DNA of 64,000 nt from Oscillospiraceae bacterium (GCA_018380115.1 JAGZUF010000002.1:110281-174280), one strand, 5' to 3'; counted from the stretch's first letter, positions 45,154-56,583 are shown. Notes: generated by a model from the sequence alone, not told the origin. Numbers and translations: made by a program.

Positions 45154-47031
45154 TCAGGCCGCTTTTTCATCATTCAGGATGCGCATGAACTCCTCGCCTG
45201 TAATAGTTTCCTTTTCCAGCAGGTATTTTGCCAGCTCATGCAGCTTATCCATATTGTCCTTTAAAATGCCGATGGCCTTTTCATGCGCCCTGCGGATGAT
45301 GGCCGTCACCTCTTTATCCACCTCAGCGGCCGTCTGCTCACTGCACGCAAGCGCGGCGTCGCCGCCCAGATATTTGTTGTTCAGAGTCTCCAACGCCGTC
45401 ATGTCGAACTTATCGCTCATGCCAAGGCGTGTCACCATGCTGCGGGCCAGCTTGGTGGCCTGCTCGATGTCGTTGGACGCGCCGGAGGTAATGCTGCCGA
45501 AGATAAGCTCTTCGGCGCTGCGGCCGCCGGTAAGGGTGGCTATCTTGGCCAGCGCCTCCTCCTTTGAAAGCAGCACCTGGTCTGTCTCGGGCGTCTGCAT
45601 GGTGTAGCCCAGCGCGCCGGACGTGCGCGGCACAATGGTTATCTTTGTGACGGGCGCAGAGTTGCTCTGCCTGGCCGCCACCAGGGCATGGCCCACCTCG
45701 TGGTAGGCTACAATCTCTTTTTCATGCGGCGTCAAGATGGCGTTCTTGCGCTCGTAGCCGGCCAGCACCACGTCCACAGATTCGGTGAGGTCCTCCTGCA
45801 TGACAATGCGGCGGCTGTGCTTCACCGCGCGCAGCGCAGCTTCGTTGATGAGGTTGGCAAGGTCTGCACCGGAAGAGCCCGCCGTGGCGCGCGCCACGGC
45901 CAGAAAATCCACATCGTCGGCCATCATCACCTTTTTGGCATGCACCTTCAGAATGGCCTCACGGCCCTTCAAATCGGGCAGCTCTACGGGGATGCGCCTG
46001 TCAAAGCGGCCGGGGCGCAGCAGCGCAGCGTCCAGCGTTTCGGGGCGGTTGGTGGCCGCCAGAATGATGATGCCTGTGGCGCCGTCAAAGCCGTCCATCT
46101 CGCTCAAAAGCTGGTTCAGCGTCTGTTCGCGCTCATCGTTTCCGCCGATGCCCGCGCCGTCGCGTTTTTTGCCGATGGTATCTATCTCGTCAATAAACAC
46201 GATGCACGGAGCCTTCTCTTTAGCCTGCTTGAACAAATCGCGCACGCGCGCGGCGCCCTGGCCCACGAACATTTCCACAAACTCGCTGCCCGCGATGGAG
46301 AAGAACGGCACGTTTGCTTCGCCCGCCACGGCCTTTGCCAGCAGCGTTTTGCCCGTGCCCGGCGGGCCCACCAGCAGCGCGCCCTTGGGCATGGTGGCGC
46401 CGATACTGTTATATTTTGCAGGCGAGTGAAGAAAATCTACAATTTCGCTCAGGGCTTCCTTGGCCTCGTCCTGCCCGGCCACATCGGCAAAGCGCTTGCC
46501 CGTCTGGTTTTCCACATACATTTTGGCGTTCGATTTGCCCATGCCGAACATTCCGCCGCCGCCCTTTTTCTGCATATAGCGCATCATCCAAATCATGGGC
46601 AGCATCAAGATAAGAGTGGGCAAAACCCAGGTGAGCAGGAACTCCATCAAAAAGCTGTTCTCCTGCGGCGCCAATTTGGTGAACCGAATATTTTCATTGG
46701 CCTTCAGCCGGTCTACCAGCTCCGCATCCGGGAATACGCCGGTGGAATAGTACGTTTCCTTTCCCGTTTCGTCCTTGGCGCTGAAAATAATTTCCTGCCC
46801 GTTTTCATCTATCTGCACGGCGTCTACCGTTACGCCCTCCACTTCGCCGTCTATCATTTTCAGGAAGGTGCCGTAATCCACCTCTGTAATATTGGCGCCG
46901 TGCACCCTGGGCATCACGAATGCATTCAGAAGCATCATGATGAGCAGCGCAATGGCCGCATACACAAAGAAATTGCGCCGGTTTGGGTTCTGGTTCGGCG
47001 CCTGCGGGCCCTGGCCCGGTTGATTGTTCAT
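45154..47031 (-). CDS. ftsH: ATP-dependent zinc metalloprotease FtsH
   Basis: Two N-terminal TM helices, AAA+ module (GPPGTGKT, DEIDxxG, SRH), HEVGHA zinc site. RBS GGAGA before the ATG at 47031. Confidence 0.95.
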   Translation of the reverse strand: MNNQPGQGPQAPNQNPNRRNFFVYAAIALLIMMLLNAFVMPRVHGANITEVDYGTFLKMIDGEVEGVTVDAVQIDENGQEIIFSAKDETGKETYYSTGVFPDAELVDRLKANENIRFTKLAPQENSFLMEFLLTWVLPTLILMLPMIWMMRYMQKKGGGGMFGMGKSNAKMYVENQTGKRFADVAGQDEAKEALSEIVDFLHSPAKYNSIGATMPKGALLVGPPGTGKTLLAKAVAGEANVPFFSIAGSEFVEMFVGQGAARVRDLFKQAKEKAPCIVFIDEIDTIGKKRDGAGIGGNDEREQTLNQLLSEMDGFDGATGIIILAATNRPETLDAALLRPGRFDRRIPVELPDLKGREAILKVHAKKVMMADDVDFLAVARATAGSSGADLANLINEAALRAVKHSRRIVMQEDLTESVDVVLAGYERKNAILTPHEKEIVAYHEVGHALVAARQSNSAPVTKITIVPRTSGALGYTMQTPETDQVLLSKEEALAKIATLTGGRSAEELIFGSITSGASNDIEQATKLARSMVTRLGMSDKFDMTALETLNNKYLGGDAALACSEQTAAEVDKEVTAIIRRAHEKAIGILKDNMDKLHELAKYLLEKETITGEEFMRILNDEKAA

Positions 47032-47166
47032 CTGCAAGTCTCCTTCCGGCGGCCCCTGCCGCCCTGCATAGCACAAGAATACGGTAAATTTATGAAGGTT
47101 TTTGACGTTCTGTGTGAAAATGAAGTGAAAGGCTGCCGCTTCGCGGTTTTGGGCACAGGCCCACGC

Positions 47167-48399
47167 TCAGAACACCCATTCCCCGTGCTGGAACAGCGGC
47201 ACGGTGCGGCCATCCTTTGTCTTTCCGGTGATGACAGTGTCGGCTGCGCCTATCATCACATCCTCGTGCACCAGCGAATCGTTCACCCCAAGGGCCAGAA
47301 GCTGCTCTTTGCTCATCTCGTTTCCGCCCTTCACCGTGCCGGGGTAGCCCGCGCCGAAAGCGATATGGCAGGCGGCGTTCTCGTCGAACAGCGTGCTGTA
47401 GAACAGAATACCGCTTCGGTTGATGGGGCTGGAGGCCGGCACCAGCGCCACCTCGCCAATATGGCGCGCGCCCTCGTCGGTGTCCAGCAGATGGCCCAGC
47501 AGCTCCTCGTTCTTGTCGGCATGGTATTCCACCACGCGGCCGCGCTCAAAGCGCACCCAGAAGCCGTCGATAATCTCGCCATTGTACACATAGGGCTTTG
47601 TGCCGTGCACAATGCCGTCCACCCTGTCCTTATGGGGTGCGGTGAACACCTCTTCCGTGGGGATGTTGGGCAGGAACGCATAGCCCTGCGGCGTATGGCC
47701 GCCTGCGGCCTCCCAGATATGGGTGTCGGCAAGGCCCACGGTGAGGTCTGTGCCGTTGGCGCTTTCGAAGTGCACGCTTTCCAGCTGAAGCTCGTTCAGG
47801 CGGCTGCGGCGCGCCTCCAGCTTTGCCAGATGCTCGCGCCAGGCAGCGGTGACATCAACGCCCTCCCTGACGCGGCACACGCTGAAAATGGCCTGCCACA
47901 GCTTTTCCTCTGCGTTCTCATCGCCGGGGAACACCTTTTTCGCCCAGGCCGGGCCCGGAATGGCCACGATGCTCCACTGCACTTTATCCTTCATGGTGTA
48001 ATCGCGCCAGGCGGCCAGCGCCTCGCGGCGCGCCTTGTTGGCGCGGGCTATCTTCTCTGCGTCCAGCCCCTTGAACACCTCCGGGTCGGCATCGTGGATG
48101 TTCAAAATGCACGCGCCGCCCTCGCTCTCGGCATAATCCAGATAGCTGCGCAGGATATAGGGCTTCACGTCCTCCAGCGTTTCCACACTGGCATTCTCCA
48201 TCCGGATGCGGGCAAACTGCTCGTCTGTGTATTTCATCACCACATCGCGCGCACCAGCCTCAAAGGCGGCCCTGGCGCACAGGCGGGCAAACGGCGCGCT
48301 CTCTACCGAGCACGAAATGAGCATAGTCTGTCCCTTCTGGGGGTTCACGCCCACCCTTACGGCAAATTCGGCATATTGTTTCATCAATTCTTCGTTCAT
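47167..48399 (-). CDS. M29-family aminopeptidase (AmpS/PepS-like)
   Basis: 410 aa with conserved M29 C-terminal block HIAFGAGYPG…MIGA. RBS AAAAGGAG. Confidence 0.85.
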   Translation of the reverse strand: MNEELMKQYAEFAVRVGVNPQKGQTMLISCSVESAPFARLCARAAFEAGARDVVMKYTDEQFARIRMENASVETLEDVKPYILRSYLDYAESEGGACILNIHDADPEVFKGLDAEKIARANKARREALAAWRDYTMKDKVQWSIVAIPGPAWAKKVFPGDENAEEKLWQAIFSVCRVREGVDVTAAWREHLAKLEARRSRLNELQLESVHFESANGTDLTVGLADTHIWEAAGGHTPQGYAFLPNIPTEEVFTAPHKDRVDGIVHGTKPYVYNGEIIDGFWVRFERGRVVEYHADKNEELLGHLLDTDEGARHIGEVALVPASSPINRSGILFYSTLFDENAACHIAFGAGYPGTVKGGNEMSKEQLLALGVNDSLVHEDVMIGAADTVITGKTKDGRTVPLFQHGEWVF

Positions 48400-48467
48400 G
48401 GCATAATTCTCCTTTTCCGCCGCGCGGCACAGCGCGCAAGCCTTTTGATGCGGCGCGCTACCCTTCC

Positions 48468-49916
48468 TTACAAGCTTTTCTCAAGGCGCGTGAAAAATTC
48501 CACCGTTTTTGCAACTTCCGCCACCGGAATGCGCTCGTCATCGTTGTGGATGAGCCCGCGCTGCTGGGTGGAAAGGTGCATGGCGCTGAATTTGTATACG
48601 TCCTCGCAGAAGCCGGCATAATGGCGGCTGTCCGAGCAGGCAATCATCAGGTACGGCGAGACAAGGCAGCCCTGCCAGGTGTGGGCCACGGCCTTCGCCA
48701 GCTTGTCCCAGTGTTCGCCGCCGGTGGCGGCATACGGGCTGGCCGCCTGCGCGCCGCGCACAGTGACGGTGACGTTTTCATCGTTTATCACCCGCTGCAT
48801 ATATTCCTTCACGCTTTCAGGGCTGTCGGCGTTCACAAGGCGCACGTTCACGCCCGCCGTAGCCTCGTTGGGCATCACGTTAATCTGCTTTGAGCCCTGG
48901 GCCATGGTAAAGGCGAAGGTTGTGCGCATCATGGCGTTTATCTCACCACCCAGCTTTTCCGCCAGGGCACACAGCAGGCCGCCAAAGCACCACAGGTTTG
49001 CCAGCACCAGCCGCAAACCGAACGGCGTATGCGGCGTGACCACGCGCAAAAATTCGCGCACAGGCGTTGTGATGTGCGCCTTCATGGGCTTTGCCTCCAG
49101 CCTCGCAACAGCCTTTGCCATACTGCCCACGGCGCTGGGCCGCGTGGGGTGGCTGGCGTGGCCGCCCTCGCTTTTGGCCGTGAGCACCACGTCCATCATG
49201 CCCTTTTCGCCAATGCCTATCACCGCAAGCGGCTGCGTTACGCCGGGGAACACGCCGTCCACCACGGCGCCGCCCTCGTCCACCACAAAGGCGGGCTTCA
49301 CGCCCTGCTGCTTTAAGTAGGCGATGATGTCCTTGGCGCCATGGCCGGACACCTCTTCGTCGCCGCCGAAGGCAAAGTAGACGTCCTGCTTTGGCACAAA
49401 GCCCTGCCGGATGAGGCTTTCCGCCGCCTCCATCACGCCCAGCAGCGTGATTTTTGTATCCAGCGTGCCGCGGCCCCACAGCTCGCCGTCGAACACTTCG
49501 CCACAGAACGGCGGGTGCGCCCAGCGCTGCTCTTCCACAGGCACCACATCATAGTGCGCCATCAGCACCGTGGGCTCGGCGCTGCTTGCGCCCTTCCAGC
49601 GGAACAAAAGGCCCGTGGTGCGCCCCTCGCCCCTGCACAGCACGGGCGGGCACGCCTCGTGCACTGCCGGGTAAAGCTCTTTGAGCTTTTCGCGGAATTT
49701 TTCAAACTGGGCCTCGTCCACCTTCGCCTCGTCATAATCCGACACAGTGGGAATGCGCACAAGCTGCGCCAGGCGCTGCACAGCGCCCTCGCCGTCCACC
49801 TGTATATCCTCGCGCGGGCCGTAATGCTCCCCCGACGGCCTGCAGGCCGCAGCACGCGCCGCCAGCACTACGGCAAACACCGCCAGCGCCGCCAGAATAA
49901 GCCATAACCACATCAT
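48468..49916 (-). CDS. M20-family metallopeptidase/carboxypeptidase with an N-terminal membrane anchor
   Basis: M20 metal-binding blocks (AHYDVVP, GRGTLDTK, GGDEE), dimerisation domain, TM helix MMWLWLILAALAVF. Confidence 0.8.
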   Translation of the reverse strand: MMWLWLILAALAVFAVVLAARAAACRPSGEHYGPREDIQVDGEGAVQRLAQLVRIPTVSDYDEAKVDEAQFEKFREKLKELYPAVHEACPPVLCRGEGRTTGLLFRWKGASSAEPTVLMAHYDVVPVEEQRWAHPPFCGEVFDGELWGRGTLDTKITLLGVMEAAESLIRQGFVPKQDVYFAFGGDEEVSGHGAKDIIAYLKQQGVKPAFVVDEGGAVVDGVFPGVTQPLAVIGIGEKGMMDVVLTAKSEGGHASHPTRPSAVGSMAKAVARLEAKPMKAHITTPVREFLRVVTPHTPFGLRLVLANLWCFGGLLCALAEKLGGEINAMMRTTFAFTMAQGSKQINVMPNEATAGVNVRLVNADSPESVKEYMQRVINDENVTVTVRGAQAASPYAATGGEHWDKLAKAVAHTWQGCLVSPYLMIACSDSRHYAGFCEDVYKFSAMHLSTQQRGLIHNDDERIPVAEVAKTVEFFTRLEKSL

Positions 49917-50220
49917 TCCAGAACACCCCTTTGCCCGCCCCGCGCGCCCCTGACGGCGCCGGGCGGAAATGTCACACATCCCGCGCGCGGGCATGCGGCG
50001 GACATGCCCGCCTGCACAGCCGCAGCACTCGGAAAGCTGTCAGCTTTATCATAGCACAAACCCGCCGGAATGGAAAGCGACAAAGTCACACAGCGCCGCG
50101 CCGGGCGGCGGCCCTCTTCAGACTTTCCTCTGCTTCAAGTTACGGCCCGCAAAATAGAGCGCGCCTCCATTGTGCGGCGCGCCGCGCCGCCGTATAATAA
50201 AGGCAGGCCGGCATGAACTA

Positions 50221-50480
50221 AAGTCAGCCTCCCCGGCAAGGCCTGGGGCTTGCGTAAGCCCCCTGGAAAGGCATACTGCCGGCAAGCCTCTCAGGAGGCA
50301 CTGAATGCTCTGTCTCCTGCATCACCTGTCCCGTCCCCCCCCCGTAAACGGGATTCTTGCCCCCCTTGCGTGCTACATCTTTTTGTATTGTATACCATCC
50401 CGCTGCGCTCGAAGCTGGCAGCGAAAGCCCTTTTACTCTCCCCCGCACAGTGGGGGAGTGTCGTTTTGCGAAAGTAAAAA
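50221..50480 (+). repeat. Copy C of the ~260-bp module family: single arm only, ending exactly at the RBS of the XRE-TPR gene
   Basis: Aligns to 5823-6082 (closest) and 40645-40887. No central hairpin or inverted arm; instead AAAAACAGAGAGG RBS and the ATG at 50498. Confidence 0.55.
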
Positions 50481-50497
50481 ACAGAGAGGAACTGCTA

Positions 50498-51573
50498 TGA
50501 AATTTCAGGATATTGTACGCCAGAAGCGCAAAGAACTTGGCCTTACGCAGGAGCAGGCAGCCCGCAGGCTGGGCGTTTCGCCGGCTGCCGTGAGCAAGTG
50601 GGAAAGCGGCCAAAGCCTGCCGGACACGCCCCTGTTCGCCCCGCTGGCAAGGCTTCTGCACACAGACCTCAACACCCTGCTCTCTTTTGAGGAAGAGCCG
50701 GACGACGCGCGCATGGCGCAGCTTTTGAACGAGACCGCCCGCCTGCTTCAGGCAGAGGGCTTTGAGGCGGCTTTTGCCTATGCCATGGACGTACTGCGGG
50801 AATATCCCTCCTGCGATATGCTGGCCTACGGCTTTGCCGCCTCGCTGCTGGGCGGGCTGGAGATGGCCCCGCCCGCCGCCGGGCGCGAAGCCTTTGAAGC
50901 AGAGCTGGACGCGCTTTTAGAGCGCGCGGCACAGGCTGCCAGTACCGAAGTGCGCATACCTGCCCAGCAGCTTTTAATCAACCGCTGCATTCAAAAGAAG
51001 GACATCGCCCGCGCCGAAGCGCTTTTGGGCCAGCTGCCGCAGGCCTCGTTCAACCCCGTGCTTGTCCGCGCTTCCATCCACCGCGCCAGGGGCGAGGACG
51101 AACAGGCGGCCCGCCTGCTGGAAGGGTTTGTGGCGCAGAGCGCGTCCAGCCTGGAGGCGGTGATGATGCAGCTTTGCGCCATTGCGCTGCAAGAGGGCGA
51201 CGCGCAAGCCGCGCAGGCCATTGCGCACACGGCGCAGGAGGCCCACCGCCTGCTGGGAATGTGGGGCCCGGGCATGGCAACGGCCATGCTGCAGCTGTGC
51301 GCGCAGAAAAAGGACATGCCCGGCACGCTGGCGCATCTGGAAGAATTTCTGGCCGCGCTGCGGCAGCCCTGGCAGGTAAACGCCACGCCGCTGTACCGCC
51401 ATACGCCCGCCAAAAGCGCAGACCTTGGGCCCAGCTTTGCCGCCATGATAGCACGCGGCCTGCGGGAGGACGCAGATTTCGCCTTCCTGCGCGGCAACGC
51501 GGAATTCGAGGCCATACTGCAAAAATTTGAACAGGCGGCAGCCCCCGGGCCGAAGCCGGCAGAGGGCCCCTGA
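50498..51573 (+). CDS. XRE-family HTH transcriptional regulator with a C-terminal TPR-like helical domain (RNPP-like architecture)
   Basis: HTH LGLTQEQAARRLGVSPAAVSKWESGQ followed by about 290 aa of Ala/Leu-rich helical repeats. RBS AGAGAGG. Upstream in-frame extension in the ORF track rejected. Confidence 0.8.
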
Positions 51574-51835
51574 ACGCCGAACCGGGCCGGGCACCTCGGC
51601 TCCCGGCCCGCAGGTGAGGGCCCGGCCGGCCTTCGCAAATGCGCCCGCCCGGCTGCCTGTATAGGTAGCCGGGCGGGTGCATTTTTCTTCATGGATGGCG
51701 GCTCAAAGCGCGGCCCAGCGGAGAGGCATACACCGCAGGCGCAGCAGCCCGGCCGAATACCGGCACACCCGCTGCATGTGCGGGCCGCGGCCGCCGCAAG
51801 GCAAGCCCCGCTTCGGCCTGCAGGGCCAAGCCGCG

Positions 51836-53857
51836 CTAATTCAGGGACGTTTTTTCCGCAAACAGGCGCTGAGCTGCCGCGCGCAGGGGCGCATTCTCTT
51901 CACTTTGCAGTGCAGGGTCCCTTTCCAGCAGGGCCTGCGCCTCGCTTTGCGCAGCATACAGCGCGCGCGTATCTGCGGCCAGGTTCGCCACACGCAGGCT
52001 GGGCAGGCCGTGCTGGCGGCTGCCGAAAAAGTCGCCGGGGCCGCGCGTCTCCAAATCGAATTTGGCTATTTCAAAGCCGTCTGTGGTATGGCACAGAAAC
52101 GACAGGCGTTTTTTAACGCTGTCCGTCACATGGTCTGAAATCAGGATGCAGAAAGCATCGCCCCGCCCGCGCCCCACGCGCCCGCGAAGCTGGTGCAGGG
52201 CGGAAAGGCCGTAGCGCTCGGCGTTTTCAATGACGATGCAGTTTGCATTGGGCACGTCTACCCCCACCTCGATAACAGTGGTGGAGACAAGCACGTCCAG
52301 TTCATGCGCCTTAAAGCTCTGCATCACAGCCATCTTTTCCGGGCCCTTCATGCGCCCGTGAAGAAGGCCGATGCGCCTGCCGGGCAGCAGCGGCCGCGCC
52401 ACCTCATCAATATAGGCCGCGGCAGCCTGCATATCGCTTTCGCCCTCTTCTATCAGGGGGCACACAATATATGCCTGCCGCCCCGCGCTGAGCTGGCGGG
52501 CCAGAAAGCCGTACATATCGGCACGCTTTCTGCCCGTGATGGCATATGTTTTCACCGGGGTGCGCCCGGGAGGCAGCTCGTCCAGAACAGAAATGTCCAA
52601 ATCGCCGAATAACAGCAGCCCCAGCGTGCGCGGGATGGGCGTGGCGCTCATCACGAGCAGGTGGGGGTTATCGGCCTTGTCGGCCAGCGCGGCGCGCTGG
52701 CGCACGCCGAAGCGGTGCTGCTCGTCCGTCACGGCAAGGCCAAGGCGCGCAAATTCTACCCCCTCGCCCAGCACGGCGTGCGTGCCCACCACAAGCTGCG
52801 CCGCGCCCGTGCGGATAGCGTCCAGCACGCTTTGGCGCGCCGCGCCCTTCACCCCTGCCGTCAGCAGGGCAACGGAAATGCCCAGTGGCTCCAGCATATC
52901 CGCCAGCGTGGCGGCGTGCTGTGAGGCAAGTATCTCCGTGGGGGCCATCAGCACGCTCTGGTAGCCGTTCTGCGCAGCCATATACACGGCCGCGGCCGCC
53001 ACCAGCGTTTTGCCGCTGCCCACATCGCCCTGCAAAAGGCGGTTCATAGGGCTTTGACCCGCCATATCGCCGGCTATCTCCTGCACGGCGCGGCGCTGTG
53101 CACCCGTGGGGGCAAACGGCAGCGCGGCCCAGAAGGGGGCAAAACCCACCTCATGCATCTGCGCGCCGGTGCGCACAGCCTCGCGCCCACGCAAAAGCAA
53201 AAGCCCCAGCTGAAGCACCAGAAGTTCTTCGTAAATCAGCCGCCTGCGCGCCGCATGCACCTCGGCCATGGCGCGCGGGAAATGCATGCTGCGCACCGCC
53301 TGGGCCTTGCTGCACAGGCGGTATTTTTCTACCATCCAGGCCGGCAGAGGGTCCTGTATATGCGGCATGGCCTCGAATGCCGCGCGCACATACTTTTGAA
53401 TATTTCTGCTGTTCAGCCCCTCTGTCTGCGGGTAGACGGGCACGAAGGGCGTGGCCGACGCCTCGGCAGGCGACACCACCGTGGGGTTTACCATTTCGCG
53501 CTGGGAAAAGCTGCCCGCCACCTTGCCGAAGAAGAGATAGCTGCGCCCGGCCTCCAGCTTCTGGGGGGCATACCGGGTGTTGAAATAGGTAAGCACAAGG
53601 CCCGCCGTCTCGTCGCCCGCCATCACACGCGCCATCAGCCTGCCGCCCTTCACGCGCACCGGTGCGTGCTTCTCGTACACCTGCGCGCGCACCACGCATT
53701 TTGTATCAAATGGGGCGCTGGCCACCGGATAGGGCTTTGAGTAATCCACATAATCGCGCGGGTAAAATTCCAGAAGGTCTTCCACGGAATGGATGCCCAG
53801 CTTTTCCAGAAGTGCAGCGCGCTTTTCGCCCACGCCTTTCAGGTAGCGGATCTCCAT
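51836..53857 (-). CDS. recG: ATP-dependent DNA helicase RecG
   Basis: Wedge domain plus SF2 helicase (GDVGSGKT, DEQHRFG, motif VI QLRGRVGRG). Start at M8 (53857) with a GGAGG RBS. Confidence 0.9.
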   Translation of the reverse strand: MEIRYLKGVGEKRAALLEKLGIHSVEDLLEFYPRDYVDYSKPYPVASAPFDTKCVVRAQVYEKHAPVRVKGGRLMARVMAGDETAGLVLTYFNTRYAPQKLEAGRSYLFFGKVAGSFSQREMVNPTVVSPAEASATPFVPVYPQTEGLNSRNIQKYVRAAFEAMPHIQDPLPAWMVEKYRLCSKAQAVRSMHFPRAMAEVHAARRRLIYEELLVLQLGLLLLRGREAVRTGAQMHEVGFAPFWAALPFAPTGAQRRAVQEIAGDMAGQSPMNRLLQGDVGSGKTLVAAAAVYMAAQNGYQSVLMAPTEILASQHAATLADMLEPLGISVALLTAGVKGAARQSVLDAIRTGAAQLVVGTHAVLGEGVEFARLGLAVTDEQHRFGVRQRAALADKADNPHLLVMSATPIPRTLGLLLFGDLDISVLDELPPGRTPVKTYAITGRKRADMYGFLARQLSAGRQAYIVCPLIEEGESDMQAAAAYIDEVARPLLPGRRIGLLHGRMKGPEKMAVMQSFKAHELDVLVSTTVIEVGVDVPNANCIVIENAERYGLSALHQLRGRVGRGRGDAFCILISDHVTDSVKKRLSFLCHTTDGFEIAKFDLETRGPGDFFGSRQHGLPSLRVANLAADTRALYAAQSEAQALLERDPALQSEENAPLRAAAQRLFAEKTSLN

Positions 53858-54222
53858 CTGTGCAGCCTCTCCTTCCATATGTTTTCTGTTCGGGCAAAGA
53901 GGCCCGCACTTTATTGGGGTGAGAAAACACCACCCGCAGGCTGGCGGCTTTGCGCTATTCCGGCACTAAAGTGCTTTGGCGGCCGCCAGCGGCGCCTTTT
54001 CCACTTTCCCCTGTAATAGCATCAAAACCGCCGCTGCGGGTGTTTTGCAATTCCAAGCGCGGGGATGGCCACGCCCGCCCTCTTTCTGAAACAGCGCCGG
54101 GACGCCCTGCGGGCCGCCGCCCGTCTAAAAGGCGCTGCGGCCCGCAGGCCCGGCCGGCACCGGCATCTTCCCTGCCCAGGGGCCGCTTTACTCAGAGCAC
54201 CGCCCCGGCCGCTCCATCTCTC

Positions 54223-55914
54223 TTATTCCACGCTGATGATGTAATAATACACCGGCTGGCCGCCAGCCAGCTGCGTCACCTCGATGCCGCCGGGGCATTT
54301 CGCCTGCACAAGCTGCGCGGTGCGGGCGGCATCCTCCTCGCTGACATCGCAGCCAGAGATGACAGTAATAAAGCTGGTGTCTTTTTTGCACATGCTGCGC
54401 GCAAGGCGGTATGTGGTTTTTGTGATATCGGTGCCGGTGGCCACCAGCTTGCCGTTTTCAAGGGCCAAAATCTCGCCCTTTTTGATTTTTCTGCCGTCAA
54501 AATCGCTGTCGCGCGCGGCAAATGTCACAAGGCCGGTAGACACCTTATCGGCCGCCTGCAGCATGGCCACGGCGTTGGCATCGGCGTCAGCCTCCGGGTC
54601 AAAGTTCAGCATGGCGGTGATGCCCTGCGGAATGGTGCGCGTGGGAAGCACCACCACTGCTCGGTCTGCCAGCTTCTGTGCCTGCTCGGCCGCCATAATG
54701 ATATTCTTATTGTTGGGCAGCACAAACACCGTTTTGGCGGGCACGCTCTGTACAGCCGCCAGAATGTCCGCCGTGGCAGGATTCATCGTCTGCCCGCCGC
54801 TTACCACGGCGTCTGCTCCAAGGTCTGTAAACACCGCCTTCAGGCCCTCGCCCGCCGCCACAGCCACAAAGCCGTACGCGCGCTCCGGGTCTACCGCGGC
54901 GTAGGCAAATTCTGCGCTGGGGGCCTTTTCTTCGGCCTCGGCCTGCTTTTTCAGGCCCTCGCCCTGCTTCTGGCGCGCCAGGAACTGTTCGTGCATGTTT
55001 TCAATTTTGAAATTGGTAAGGTAGCCGTAGCCGATGGCGTGGCTGAGTATCTTGCCGGGGTCTGCCGTATGCACATGGCAGTTAATGACCTCGTCGTCCT
55101 CGATGACCACCACTGAATCGCCGTTCGATTCCAAAAATGCCCGCAGCTTTGCCGAAGAAGCGCCCTCGTTCTTATTCACCAGAAACTGCGTGCAGTAGCC
55201 GTTCTTGATGTCTTCCACCTTCATCAAATCGTCGGTGAACACGCCGCGGCCTGCCGCATGAGAAGACACCTTCGCCTTTTTCTCTGCCGGCTCGGCAGCG
55301 GCGATAAGCCTGCCGTCGCGGAACACGGACAGCATACCCTCGAAGATATACACAAGGCCCTGGCCGCCCGCGTCCACTACGCCGGCCTTTTTCAGCACAG
55401 GCAGCTGTTCGGGTGTGTGGGCCAGCGCGTCCTGCGCGGCCTCGCACACCAGCGCCCACAGGGCAACGGCATCCTGCCCGGTACTTTCAGCCGCCTTTTC
55501 GCTGGCCACACGCGCCACCGTGAGCATGGTGCCCTCGGTGGGCTTCATCACCGCTTTGTAGGCGCCCTCCACTCCCTTTTGCAGGGCGGCCGTCAAATCC
55601 GCCGCCTCAGCGGTGCGCTTGCCTGCCAGCGCCTTGGAAAAACCGCGGAACAAAAGGCTGGAGATAACGCCGGAATTCCCCCTTGCCCCGCGCAGCATAG
55701 CGCTGGCCGTGACCTTGGCGGCGGCCTCCACCGTGCAGTCGTCAGGCAGAGCCTCCAGCTCGGCCACGGCCGCGCCGATGGTCATGCTCATATTTGTGCC
55801 GGTGTCTCCGTCCGGCACCGGGAACACGTTCAGCTCATCTACGCTTGCGCGGCGGTTGGAAAGATTGTGGGCACCGGAAAGGATGCCGTCTCGTAAAATA
55901 GCACCAGTGATCAT
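54223..55914 (-). CDS. DAK2-domain / DegV-like fusion protein (YloV family)
   Basis: N-terminal Dak2 (NVFPVPDGDTGTNM) and a C-terminal DegV-like fatty-acid-binding fold. Conserved position upstream of recG. Confidence 0.85.
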   Translation of the reverse strand: MITGAILRDGILSGAHNLSNRRASVDELNVFPVPDGDTGTNMSMTIGAAVAELEALPDDCTVEAAAKVTASAMLRGARGNSGVISSLLFRGFSKALAGKRTAEAADLTAALQKGVEGAYKAVMKPTEGTMLTVARVASEKAAESTGQDAVALWALVCEAAQDALAHTPEQLPVLKKAGVVDAGGQGLVYIFEGMLSVFRDGRLIAAAEPAEKKAKVSSHAAGRGVFTDDLMKVEDIKNGYCTQFLVNKNEGASSAKLRAFLESNGDSVVVIEDDEVINCHVHTADPGKILSHAIGYGYLTNFKIENMHEQFLARQKQGEGLKKQAEAEEKAPSAEFAYAAVDPERAYGFVAVAAGEGLKAVFTDLGADAVVSGGQTMNPATADILAAVQSVPAKTVFVLPNNKNIIMAAEQAQKLADRAVVVLPTRTIPQGITAMLNFDPEADADANAVAMLQAADKVSTGLVTFAARDSDFDGRKIKKGEILALENGKLVATGTDITKTTYRLARSMCKKDTSFITVISGCDVSEEDAARTAQLVQAKCPGGIEVTQLAGGQPVYYYIISVE

Positions 55915-56000
55915 GTGTTTTCCACCTCAATGATAATTGTCGCGCGCCGCTTTGCCAGAGGCGCAGAAACGCCCGCGTGCGGGCGGAATATAGAAGCTCG

Positions 56001-56348
56001 TTACACGATATCGTCCACGCACACGTCGATGCGCTGCACCTTCAGCCCGGTGGCATCCTCCACCGCATATTTCACTTTGTGGGTGATGCTGCGCACGATG
56101 GCCGCAATGTTCAGCCCAAATGTCACCTTGATATGAAGCTCTATCACCAGGCGGCCGTCCTCTTCCGTAACGCGCACGCCCTTATCGGGGAAATCCTTGC
56201 CCAGCACCAGCGTCTTGAAGCTGTCGGACGTGCCGCCCGTCGCCATGCCGGAAACGCCGTAACAGCTTTTTGCCGCCTCGCCTACAAGGCCGGAGAAATA
56301 CTCGCCGGTCATGGAAACCTTGCCCAAAGGGGTAAACATTTTGATCAA
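56001..56348 (-). CDS. Asp23/Gls24-family stress protein (YloU-like)
   Basis: 115 aa, Asp23 family pattern. Precedes the yloV-like gene as in Bacillus yloU-yloV. Exact start (TTG 56348 vs ATG about 56338) uncertain. Confidence 0.75.
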   Translation of the reverse strand: MIKMFTPLGKVSMTGEYFSGLVGEAAKSCYGVSGMATGGTSDSFKTLVLGKDFPDKGVRVTEEDGRLVIELHIKVTFGLNIAAIVRSITHKVKYAVEDATGLKVQRIDVCVDDIV

Positions 56349-56583
56349 AACCGCTCCACTCCTTTTCAGAGCCGCAAAGGCATTGCGGCCGGAACAGATA
56401 TTTCATCTTATTATACAACGCCGGGGGCGCATTGTCGAGAGAAACGCCCATTTTTTTGGCGCTTGCCTTTTCCCTGCGCGGCGCGTACAATAAAGGTGAA
56501 ATACCGGGCCGCTCGGCGGCCCGCGCTGCGCGGCCCCACCGCCTGTATGGCGGCGCGCCGCACGGAAAAGGAGTGACCACTGA

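Noticed and set aside
45688-48621. 977-aa plus-strand ORF
   Set aside because: It lies antisense to ftsH, the M29 aminopeptidase and part of the M20 peptidase, all of which have strong motifs and RBSs. Its composition (His/Arg/Ala/Gly-rich) is not protein-like and it has no RBS. It is a GC-driven open frame.
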